Below are positions 21,234 to 30,116 of a stretch of DNA of 32,415 nucleotides, piece by piece. The notes under the pieces are model-generated. The model was not told the DNA's origin. It searched no databases and saw only the letters and a list, made by a program, of their open reading frames with translations. Origin of the DNA: Chrysochromulina tobinii (Eukaryota); the NCBI GenBank assembly GCA_001275005.1, contig JWZX01002386.1:1-32415 (forward strand). Direction: 5' to 3'. Both the position numbers and the translations under genes were made by a program. Position 1 is the first letter of the stretch, and every line of letters starts with the position of its first letter.

Positions 21234-21242
21234 CCCCCACTT
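21234..21242 (-). promoter_or_regulatory. Polypurine-tract-like sequence
   Basis: Minus strand AAGTGGGGG lies immediately before the LTR-initial TGT, as at copia 3' LTRs. Confidence 0.55.
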
Positions 21243-21466
21243 GGGGTATCCGGCACACACACCTGTAGCCCCAGTTCAGAGGATCCCCACAACGACTTGT
21301 GAATGTTTCCGCATGTTATGGTTTTCTGAAGTGGGTTGCATGCACCATGCAGGGTCGAAGATGAAATGTAACCGATGAAGCTCGCAAAACACCGCCTCCT
21401 CGACGATCCCCCTCACGGGGTGTTACCTAACCGATGCTGAGGCTCATCTATTCCCACAGCAACATA

Positions 21467-24115
21467 TCACATGTCACCTTCACCCGAGCCATAGAGCTCT
21501 ACCCGAGCCACCTCGCGCGCGAGTCGAGCGAGCTCTCGAGCGTGCTCGGTTCCCTGCGGAAGATAACAGGGCAGCAGCGCCGCCTCCTCGGAGAAAACGT
21601 AGGTCGCCTGCGCGTGGTCGATCGGTCCCTCCTCTCCTGGTAAGCCCAGGAGCAGGAAGGTGGCTCGCGGCCCATCCGCGTGGAGGAGCGCGCGGGCGAA
21701 GTTGAGCGAAGCAAAGATCGAGCCGGTGCCGTGACGGCTGGCAAGATTCGTCGAGAACTTGACCGCTGCGCCGTCGGGCAGCCGGAGGCCCTCCGCCACG
21801 ATGGCCTCTGCGTTGGCACTGCGCGTCCCGTGGAAGAGTACCAGCACGGGTGGTGGCGGCAGCTGGAGCGCTCGGCGCCAAAGCTCCTGGCGGCGATGGC
21901 AGGCCACGAATCGAGCAGCGAGCGACCAGCTGGCCACGCACGATTCCGTGGCGTCAGCCTTCACCTCCACCTTGGTCATCGCTTCCCGAAGGGCCGTACA
22001 CAGCTCTCGACCCTGACTCAACACTGCTTCCAGCTCCTTCTCGACGTCCAATTCCAACGCGACCATGGCGATGTCAACTCCAAGCTCGGTGGCCCGTTGC
22101 ACAAGCCCCGCCGGGCAGCCCGCGGTGAGCTCAGCCCGTGCCGCCGACACCGCCACTCGCTGCGCCTCCATCTGCTGCCGCTCAAGCGTCGCCTGCTGAG
22201 CGGCTTGCCTGTGCTGAGCGGCTTGCCTGTGCTCAGCGTCTCTACGCCGGATCACTTCGAGCCTTGCCTCCTCAGCCGTCCGCTTTTCGCGTTCGCGCCG
22301 CTGGAGCTCGAGCTGCTGCTTGAGCTCCAGGGCTATCTCGCGCTCTCGACAGCGGCGGGCTGCCGCGCGGGCACTCTCCGCGGCCGCCTCGTCGGCTGCC
22401 GCCTTCTCGGCTGCCGCCTTCTCGGCTGCCGCCTTCTCGGCTGCCGCCTTCTCGGCCGCCACCTTTTCGGCCGCCGCAGGTTCCTTGAATTGGGTACCGG
22501 TGGCAGCGGCGCTGTTGCGTGACGCGAGCAGCATGTTTTGGTTGAGTGCTCTCTCCCTTGCAACCTCCCTGCGCCTTGCCGCGGCCGCCTTCATGGCCTC
22601 AGTCAATTTCTCGGCAGCCTCACTGCGCCTTGCCGCAATGGCATACTCCAGCCGGTCGGCGTGGCTAGGCCTCGCCGCAGGCTCCATGGGTAGCGCCACG
22701 TGCACTCCGAGGCCGCGGATGTCATTCTCCGCCCTCTGGTCGACCGCCTGCTTCGAGAGCACGAGCACGATGCTTTCCCTCGCAGCTAACGTCTTCTTCG
22801 CACAGGTAGGACTGGCAGTCACCAGGTAGGGAGATGCGGCGACGCGCGCAGTCTCCAGAGCATCATTGAGCATGGGTGCAATACGTTGCTCGTACCAGTT
22901 GCTCGCACCAGCCGTTCGGTCACGCATCACGTTCTCCGCGCGGAGCTCACGCGCGAGCTCACGATCTCGGACGCCGAGATCACGCACCACGCTCTCCGCG
23001 CGGAGCTCATGCGCTCCGTGACGCTCGCCACGACGCTCTACGTGATGCTTGCCATGACGCTCGCCCGTTGCATGCTCTCCCAGGTCGCGCCGCTGCTGCG
23101 GAATGGCTGTGAACATGCGGACGGGCTTTCCTGGCTCGTCGGCTTGTAGTTGGCAGGCAACCAGCTGGGAGCGTCGCGTTTGGTCACCCGGCCGGCTCCA
23201 CGCACCTCTCGGCTCATATCTCGCGCCTGCAGCGGCTAACTCGAGCGCGCCACGCATAGCTCGCCACTGATCAAGTGGAGAGCTCACCATGCGATAGCCA
23301 ATCGCATCAGCATGCGAGAAATCGCACCCCGGATGTGGGCCAGCAAAGGCCCTGTTCGACACCCGCGCGGCAGGCGGAGCGGCAACCGTTGCACGTGCAG
23401 CAACGGCCTCGTTTGCCGCATGGACCAATGCGTGGTCAACCGCGTTCTTGACGGACGGGTGCACATTGACCAGGCGCTCGTACCAGCTGCTAAGCCCAGC
23501 GGCCTCAGTGGCCGCCCGACGAGTAGCTGCAGCCGCTTCGGCCGCCGCAAGGTACGCGCTTGCGAGCACATAATCACCACTTGCCTCTGAAGCCTGCGCG
23601 GAAGCCTCGTTGCGGGTTTGCGTACTGCGCCACGCGTCTCGCTCGGCCTGAGTACTGCCCTGCGGTGACGTCGCCACCAAGGCACTCAGGTGCGCTCGCT
23701 CCTTTACAAGCTGCAGCCACTCGTCATGGAACCCACTTGTGGCCGAGCTCGGCCTCTTCAAGGGTGATTGGGTTGTTTGGGGCGTGCGTGCTACAGATGG
23801 TGGTTTGCCCACAGTCTGCGATACGCTGGATGAGGAGGGTCCGTGAAGGACTTGTGGCAAGGGCGCGCCTGCCGTCGGCCGCGTGGGTTGCCTGCAGTTG
23901 ATTTGAGATCTTTCTGTACCAGCTTTCTCTGTGGCGTTCGGCGGCGTGAGCGCGAGCTTCAGAGGAATGAAAGAGCTTCCTCTGGCGTTCATACCAAAAT
24001 TGCGCTCACGCTTCTGTCTCCGGGCCTCGCACCGCGCACACACGTAACACGACTTTGGCTCGGGACACGCATAAAAAAACGTTTCGTCTTCGCCCCTGTG
24101 GTGCATGCAACCCAC
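21467..24115 (-). CDS. Coiled-coil protein with C-terminal PARP-like catalytic domain
   Basis: 'VLVLFHGTRSANAEAIVAEGL...HGTGSIFAS' matches the PARP pattern HGT...I...G...G.GiYfa. It also has EKAAA repeats and a coiled coil. The true start is uncertain. Confidence 0.65.
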   Translation of the reverse strand: MGCMHHRGEDETFFYACPEPKSCYVCARCEARRQKRERNFGMNARGSSFIPLKLALTPPNATEKAGTERSQINCRQPTRPTAGAPLPQVLHGPSSSSVSQTVGKPPSVARTPQTTQSPLKRPSSATSGFHDEWLQLVKERAHLSALVATSPQGSTQAERDAWRSTQTRNEASAQASEASGDYVLASAYLAAAEAAAATRRAATEAAGLSSWYERLVNVHPSVKNAVDHALVHAANEAVAARATVAAPPAARVSNRAFAGPHPGCDFSHADAIGYRMVSSPLDQWRAMRGALELAAAGARYEPRGAWSRPGDQTRRSQLVACQLQADEPGKPVRMFTAIPQQRRDLGEHATGERHGKHHVERRGERHGAHELRAESVVRDLGVRDRELARELRAENVMRDRTAGASNWYEQRIAPMLNDALETARVAASPYLVTASPTCAKKTLAARESIVLVLSKQAVDQRAENDIRGLGVHVALPMEPAARPSHADRLEYAIAARRSEAAEKLTEAMKAAAARRREVARERALNQNMLLASRNSAAATGTQFKEPAAAEKVAAEKAAAEKAAAEKAAAEKAAADEAAAESARAAARRCREREIALELKQQLELQRREREKRTAEEARLEVIRRRDAEHRQAAQHRQAAQQATLERQQMEAQRVAVSAARAELTAGCPAGLVQRATELGVDIAMVALELDVEKELEAVLSQGRELCTALREAMTKVEVKADATESCVASWSLAARFVACHRRQELWRRALQLPPPPVLVLFHGTRSANAEAIVAEGLRLPDGAAVKFSTNLASRHGTGSIFASLNFARALLHADGPRATFLLLGLPGEEGPIDHAQATYVFSEEAALLPCYLPQGTEHARELARLAREVARVELYGSGEGDM
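22390..22476. repeat. 15-bp coding tandem repeat (EKAAA)n
   Basis: TCGGCTGCCGCCTTC-like units are repeated about 5-6 times. Confidence 0.9.
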
Positions 24116-24460
24116 AGACCCGCAAAATTAGCATCTGTTAGTCATGCTGCCAGGGTCGGCGAAGGCGCTGATCCTCGCCCTCTCGGCAGTTTAGCCACGA
24201 CGCCCTCTCGGCGCCGCACGCCGAAGAGGCAACGGCCCAGATAAAACTCTCGTAAATCAGACTTTTGAAACTCATCAGTCTCAGCGAAACCACGTTTGAA
24301 ACGTGTGGAGCTGACCCAAACACGACGCACCGACCGGTCTCTTGCCAACTTTTGCTAAACGACATTTAACGAAACATAGCCAAATTAGGCCGAGACCGAT
24401 TTAGCCACTGGCTTTCGCAACATTGAATTTCCTCATGTTCATCATGGAATTGGACTCCCG

Positions 24461-27130
24461 ATGAGCAGCACGACACAAGGCGCCTATGCACATCTGGACG
24501 ATGAGTTTCTTCCAACGGAGCCCCCGAGCACCGGGCAGGCGTATTTCGACCTCGTCCTCATCTTTCCGGCGGTTGATGCGAACAGTGACGCGGTGGAGCA
24601 GGCAGACAGTGACGCCGTAGAGAAGGCCACAGCCGAGCTCAAGCTGAAGCGACCGTCCTTCCGAGGGCTGCCGGGCGGCCCAAAGCGGCAGCGTGACATT
24701 GTCGCTGCACGCGCGCGCTCGATCGGCATCGAGGCCGTTGCTGATCTCTCTCGTGATCGAGACGAGGTGCTGCTCAAGCTGTCCGCTCCGGACGCGCTCC
24801 TCGAGAAGATGGCTGAGCACCTGACGATGGAGAAGCGGCTTAAGGCGGACAGGCGGGGCCGCGAGGGCTACTACACGGACTTCAAGGCCACTGAAAAGGA
24901 GCGCTTCGAGCCGGAAAGCCCGACGTGCTTCTTCAGCTCCCTCGAGCGCATCCGGCTGCTGCAGTCGCTGCTCGAGCTGCCGCAACACGAGGGTGGCTGC
25001 GGCCTCAACCTGGACGACCTGCTCGCGACAAAAGTGCTCACAGCAGTCGTATCTATTCACGAGATCGAGGGCAGGCGTACGGAGCTCATGCGCATCTGGG
25101 TTTCGCCGCCGCTCAAGCTCACTGTCAACCAGCCGCTCGACCGAGTCCGTGATTACTTCGGCGAGCGAATCGCCTTCTACTATGCCTTCACCGAGGAGCT
25201 CACGAACGCGATCCGGTACCCCGGTGCCATGGGTGGGATGCTCTTTATCGTTTCCGTAGTGTGGTTCGACGGCTCTACCGACAACATGTTCACGCCCATG
25301 TACTCCATGTTTATCCTCGTCTGGATCACCTATTTCCTAAAGAGGTGGAGACGCGCTGAGGCGAGGCTTGCGGCGCACTGGCACGTGGTCGACTATCGGG
25401 AGACGGAGCGGCAGAGGAAAGAGTTCGAAGGCGACGAGGCGCGCGGCTTCTACTCGGACGAGGGCTACTGGGTCCCCGTCCCCGATGATGAAGAGTACGC
25501 CGCCAAGGCGCCGCTGACGAAAAGGTTCTTGACAACAGTGCGCCAAGGACGCATGATGATCTCATATGTCCTCCTGACGCCCGTTCTGCTGTGCATGATC
25601 ACCATCATCACCATGCTCCTTTCGTACAAGTCGTTGGAGATGCTCCAGTTCTACCTGCTCTACGAGACCGACGGCAACCCGAGGACCCGAGGGAAGGACG
25701 GAGTGCAGCTGGGCTCTGCCATGATGGGCGCGATCAACGGCGTCTACGTCGCGGTGAGCAACCAGGTGTACCAGCGCGTGGCGCGGCGCCTCACCGACTG
25801 GGAGAATCACCGCACGCTGTCCGACTACGACGATGCGCTCATCGTCAAGACCATGATCTTCCAGTCCACCAACTCGTACGCGGCGTTTATCTACATCGCC
25901 TTTGTCCAGGCCAATGAGCTCGATTGGCTTTCATGGCTGACACACGTGCCAGAGTACTGCCACGACAAGACGCACTTCACCCTGACCGCGGAGCAGATCA
26001 AGGCGCAGTTTGAGCACCACGAGAATCCGTACTGCATGAACGACCTGTCGGCCTTCATGACCACGGCCTTGATCGTCAACATGCTGACCGGCAAGATCTT
26101 AGAATTTGTGAGGCCCTGGATCAAGGCGAAGCTCCGGGAAGCGGACGAGGAGTTCGCCATATACGCAGCGCAGACGGCCAAGGAGGAGACGGCGATCGAA
26201 CGGATCTGCTTCAAGATGCGCGTCCTCTGTGGCGGGCACTCGGCTGCGGTCAAGAATGCCGAGGCCTCAGGCGAGCAGGTCGTCATCGGCACGGAGACTG
26301 TGTACGAGGCGCAGGCGAAGCTCGAGCCTTTCGAGGGAATCTTCTCCGAGTACTCACGGATCGTGGTGCAGCTCGGCTACGTGGTGCTCTTCGCGCCCGC
26401 CTGCCCGCTCGCCTCGGCGCTGCTCTTTGTCTCCTTTTACTTCGAGCTTCGGACGGATGCGTATAAGCTGGTTTGCAACACGCGTCGGCCGGCCTACATG
26501 GGTGGGGAGGACATCGGCTCGTGGCAGACAGTGCTGCGTGTGCTTGCGGTGCTGGGTGTGCTGACAAATGTTGGTCTGGTCGGGGTCACCGCCACGACCC
26601 TCAAGCGCCTACTGCCGTTCAAGCTCCTCGGGATCATCGAGATCAACGAGAGCAACAAGCTCATGTTCTTGATCGTCGTCGAGCACCTGCTGCTCCTCGC
26701 GCAGTTCTGTGTGGTGACCATGATCCCGGATGTGCCCGAGGACCTTGCTATCGAGACTGCCTATCAACAGTGGCGCGCTAAGGCGCCGCGAGAGCCGCCA
26801 CCGCCGCCTCCCGCGCAGTGGGACGACGACGCGCTGCTCCGCATCTATGGGACTGCCGAGAAGGCGAACCTGGCATACAACGAGGCACCTAAGGATTTTC
26901 ACGCATATGACGAGGCATGCTCCAAGCCAGGCGAAGGCGCGGTGGCGCTGGACAACTTTGCAGCGCTTTCGGTGGACGGAGCCTCGTCCCGCGTCGTTTC
27001 TCGCGCGGGCAAGCAAGGCTCCGTTCTACCCGACGGGAGCATCCCAACCCATCGGAGCGGCACGCCGGGCATCTGGAAGACTCGGCGAGTCTCCGGCGAG
27101 CTGTCGAAATTCTGGGTTGTTGCTGCGTGA
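24461..27130 (+). CDS. Anoctamin/TMEM16 family channel or scramblase
   Basis: Motifs FSSLERIRL, QPLDRVRDYFGERIAFYYAF, LTDWENHRT, NSYAAFIYIAF, QLGYVVLFAPACPLA, ELRTDAYKL, RRP...DIGSWQ and IVVEH; multiple TM helices. Confidence 0.96.
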   Translation: MSSTTQGAYAHLDDEFLPTEPPSTGQAYFDLVLIFPAVDANSDAVEQADSDAVEKATAELKLKRPSFRGLPGGPKRQRDIVAARARSIGIEAVADLSRDRDEVLLKLSAPDALLEKMAEHLTMEKRLKADRRGREGYYTDFKATEKERFEPESPTCFFSSLERIRLLQSLLELPQHEGGCGLNLDDLLATKVLTAVVSIHEIEGRRTELMRIWVSPPLKLTVNQPLDRVRDYFGERIAFYYAFTEELTNAIRYPGAMGGMLFIVSVVWFDGSTDNMFTPMYSMFILVWITYFLKRWRRAEARLAAHWHVVDYRETERQRKEFEGDEARGFYSDEGYWVPVPDDEEYAAKAPLTKRFLTTVRQGRMMISYVLLTPVLLCMITIITMLLSYKSLEMLQFYLLYETDGNPRTRGKDGVQLGSAMMGAINGVYVAVSNQVYQRVARRLTDWENHRTLSDYDDALIVKTMIFQSTNSYAAFIYIAFVQANELDWLSWLTHVPEYCHDKTHFTLTAEQIKAQFEHHENPYCMNDLSAFMTTALIVNMLTGKILEFVRPWIKAKLREADEEFAIYAAQTAKEETAIERICFKMRVLCGGHSAAVKNAEASGEQVVIGTETVYEAQAKLEPFEGIFSEYSRIVVQLGYVVLFAPACPLASALLFVSFYFELRTDAYKLVCNTRRPAYMGGEDIGSWQTVLRVLAVLGVLTNVGLVGVTATTLKRLLPFKLLGIIEINESNKLMFLIVVEHLLLLAQFCVVTMIPDVPEDLAIETAYQQWRAKAPREPPPPPPAQWDDDALLRIYGTAEKANLAYNEAPKDFHAYDEACSKPGEGAVALDNFAALSVDGASSRVVSRAGKQGSVLPDGSIPTHRSGTPGIWKTRRVSGELSKFWVVAA

Positions 27131-27358
27131 TTTCATAACGTGATTTTATAACCTGACCCGCACGGACACGGTCGCGACGTACGTACCCTGTACTACCGTG
27201 TACTCCGGCTACTTAGTCCGCTCTAGTCGTCTAGACTCTAGAGCTACGTACAGCTGTAGCTCGCTACGGTACCGTACAATCTGGGACTATGGTGGCTACA
27301 ATGCGACATTTCACGGCTTTTCCTTCAGAGCCACTCGTGATTCGAATATCAGCCAAAG

Positions 27359-29830
27359 TCACCCGAACAACCCTGGACGCTCTCGGCCCACGCTCAGCCG
27401 CGGCGGGTCGTTCGGGTAGAGCCTTCCCTCGTTGTCGTGCCGGCTCGTGCAGCAAAAGTCGCCGCCGAGCAAAAACCAGCCCTCGAGCTGGTTGAAGAGA
27501 GCGCCCTTGTCCAGCTGCGCGTGCCACCCACCAAAAAGACCTTCGGCATCGCTCAGCCGCAGCAACCGCGTGCGTCGCATCTCTGGGGTGCCTAAGGAGC
27601 TCAACAGTCGCTCGTCCGTGGCGCCGCGGGGGAGCTCGACTACGACCGGAGGGAGGGGGAGCGAAGCTCCCTTGATCAGCTCGCTCGCTCGATCTCGATC
27701 TCCCATCCTCAGCTCGTCGTGCTCCTGCTGCCACTCGGCGTCGCTCTTTGCCAGCTCGCGCTCGCGCGCGGCGGCGTCGACGAGCGCTGGTCGACAGTCT
27801 CGTTCGTGCGGCGCGGAGCATCGGGGGCGTGCCTCGAGGGGCACGGGCGGCCCACTCACACGGACCGTGGCGCTCGAGCGGAGTATGTCGGCGTCGGTGC
27901 GAGGATCGCTGAGGAAGGCATGCGCGCGCAGCCGGATGCGTGGATCGAGGGCGCGTGGCTGCGTTCGCGGGAAGCCATACGCGAAGGGCTCGTGCAAGTA
28001 GAGCAGCTTGTGGATGTTGAGGATGAAGTGCGTCGAGCACTTGCGCGGGAAGGTCAAGTTGGCAGGTGCGCCCGGGAAGACGCAGTACGGAATGTAATCC
28101 ACGAGCTCGGAGCGGTCGCACATGCATTCCATGTGGGGGAGCACTAGCGTCCGATTGAGCAAGAACGCGAGCGCGAGCGCGTCGCGCAGTGCATGCAATT
28201 GGCGACGCATGAGCTCGATGTGGAGGCGCAGCCGGCTGGATCGAGCGATGCCTTCGTCTGCCGGGACGTCCCCGTAGCGCTTCGGCCGTGGCAGCCTATG
28301 CTCTGGATCCTCGCCACCGCACGGGCGAGGCGGCTCGGCGCCGACGACATAGCGCCCCTCAGTGGGCCCGCAAGGTGCTGGATCCGCCGGTGGGCGCGGC
28401 GGCTCAAAGGTGAGGAAGTGGCCGTCGGTATGGTACGACGCGGGTAGCGCCCCCCAGAGGCCTGCCTCCATGAAGCGCCAGCGCTTGCCCGCGTCGCCGA
28501 ACTCGGTGAACGTGGCATGCACAGCATTGCAGCCAAGCGGCAACGCCTCCTGCTGCACCCATACCAAGTGGCCGCTGCAGTAGCGCTCGACAGGGAGGGG
28601 CGCCATCTTGAGCCCAAACGGTCCATGCACCAACCGCCCGCCCAGCCCAGCAGCACGCACCGGATAGAAGCCCGTCGCGGCGAAGGGCCACGTGCCGTGG
28701 CCCGTGAGCAACTTGTTGAAGACGCCCTGGTCGTCGCTCCACCACTGTTCTGCCGGCAGGTGCAGCGTCGCCTCTGCCCAGCGCTCGCAAAAGTGCACCG
28801 TCGCGTTCGTCGCGGCGAGGAAGATGATGCCGGTGTTGAAGACGGCGCCGCTGCGAGAGCCGGGCTGGTGGCCGCACAGGTAGGGAGCGTTCGGCCTTTC
28901 GCTCTTGTCGCGGTCCGCCTCGATATGAAGGCAATCCGTTGCCGGCGCGAGACTCGCGCCCGCCGCGGCGAGTGCTTCGAGCTCGGGGAGTGGGTCTCGA
29001 ACCCATGCTACGTCCGAGTCCGAGACGAGCACGTGCCGCCCAGTGAGCAACACCTCTCGTATGGTCATCGCCTTGAGGTAGCCCATCCGGTGGAAGAGGA
29101 ACGGAGTGCCACGGAAGTGGATCTGGGGCAGCGCGCCCGTGTAGTTGTACGCGGGGATGCGAAGGCCTCGGAGGGTGGCCAGAAGCTCGGCATCGTACGC
29201 CGCGATGACGGTGCGCGCACCCATGCCGAGCTTGCAGACGTGATGCACCCAGTTCATGAGCATCTCAGTGGCACCAGCGTTGCCGAACGCGAGCCACGCC
29301 GTGCCCGATTCAGTCGTGCTCGTCCCCACCGGCACCGCGCTCAGCAGCTCGGCCATCGTCGCGCCCGGCCGCCGCTGTGGTGGGAAGCACGTCGGGTCAG
29401 GTCGCCACTCGTGCAGCCCGTCCTGTGCGAGCATGCGGCGCACCGTGTCCGATTCACGCTTGACATTGCGCTGATCGTCGAAGCCGCCGCGGCGCCCGTC
29501 GCCCTTGGGCGGGATGGGCTGTGAGAGGGCGATCTCGACGGCGCGGCGCGCCTCGGGAGCCTGGGGTTCATCCAAAGTCTGCTCCCGGAGCGCGAATGCC
29601 CGTGGCACGGTGCTGCTCATACTGGCGCTGTCGTGGCTGGCGGCAGTGTTCTGAGTCGCGGACTGCCACTTTTTCTGCTGCCACAATGTCTGCTGCACGG
29701 CCCTCAGCCTGCTCGATAGTGCAGGCTTCTGAGCCGGGCTCCGGCTCATGCTCGCGTTTGAGGTGCGCACCGAGAGTAGCAGGAGCGTGAGAACGCCGCC
29801 GGTGATGATCAGGAGCAGGAGCTCCCGCAT
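27359..29830 (-). CDS. GT77 nucleotide-diphospho-sugar transferase, XEG113 arabinosyltransferase-like
   Basis: Type II N-terminal anchor. Motifs MLMNWV, FHRMGYLK, VLVSDSDVAWVRDP (DxD), FNTGIIF, DDQGVFN, AVHATF, KRWRFMEAGLW and LNRTLVLP..C.CDR. Confidence 0.88.
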   Translation of the reverse strand: MRELLLLIITGGVLTLLLLSVRTSNASMSRSPAQKPALSSRLRAVQQTLWQQKKWQSATQNTAASHDSASMSSTVPRAFALREQTLDEPQAPEARRAVEIALSQPIPPKGDGRRGGFDDQRNVKRESDTVRRMLAQDGLHEWRPDPTCFPPQRRPGATMAELLSAVPVGTSTTESGTAWLAFGNAGATEMLMNWVHHVCKLGMGARTVIAAYDAELLATLRGLRIPAYNYTGALPQIHFRGTPFLFHRMGYLKAMTIREVLLTGRHVLVSDSDVAWVRDPLPELEALAAAGASLAPATDCLHIEADRDKSERPNAPYLCGHQPGSRSGAVFNTGIIFLAATNATVHFCERWAEATLHLPAEQWWSDDQGVFNKLLTGHGTWPFAATGFYPVRAAGLGGRLVHGPFGLKMAPLPVERYCSGHLVWVQQEALPLGCNAVHATFTEFGDAGKRWRFMEAGLWGALPASYHTDGHFLTFEPPRPPADPAPCGPTEGRYVVGAEPPRPCGGEDPEHRLPRPKRYGDVPADEGIARSSRLRLHIELMRRQLHALRDALALAFLLNRTLVLPHMECMCDRSELVDYIPYCVFPGAPANLTFPRKCSTHFILNIHKLLYLHEPFAYGFPRTQPRALDPRIRLRAHAFLSDPRTDADILRSSATVRVSGPPVPLEARPRCSAPHERDCRPALVDAAARERELAKSDAEWQQEHDELRMGDRDRASELIKGASLPLPPVVVELPRGATDERLLSSLGTPEMRRTRLLRLSDAEGLFGGWHAQLDKGALFNQLEGWFLLGGDFCCTSRHDNEGRLYPNDPPRLSVGRERPGLFG

Positions 29831-30116
29831 TTCGAATACTCACACGAACACGTGTGAAAACAGTACTTGTTCACAGCCCTCATTCACCACAGGCAGGTTT
29901 CAAATGGCAATTGTCAAGTGGGGGATCTTGTCCGTGTGTTCCTTCACGACCGGGGTGTTTTTCCCTTCCGACCTTTTCGACGATCTTCACAGGGAACGTT
30001 GTGTATTCACAGCGTAACGTTCACAGCGGGTACGTCGAGGGCTTCCGCGTCGGCGTGCCTTGCTGCTCCCTTGTGCCCTCTTGCAATCCCCTGCTGGACT
30101 TCGCGATCACGAGGAC

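Larger units (their letters stand above)
16352..21289 (-). mobile_element. Rearranged, defective Ty1/copia LTR retrotransposon
   Basis: Contains gag with a CCHC knuckle, a copia RT-RNaseH, an integrase C-terminal segment, a PBS and one LTR. Outer boundaries are inferred from the AGA(A/G)GATCCCCA direct repeats. Confidence 0.85.
21331..24115. mobile_element. Inverted-repeat-bounded 2.8-kb unit (putative non-autonomous DNA transposon with cargo gene)
   Basis: Left 21331-21369: GTGGGTTGCATGCACCATGCAGGGTCGAAGATGAAATGT. Right, reverse complement of 24079-24115: GTGGGTTGCATGCACCACAGGGGCGAAGACGAAACGT. The first 17 nt are identical. No TSD was recognised. Confidence 0.55.
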
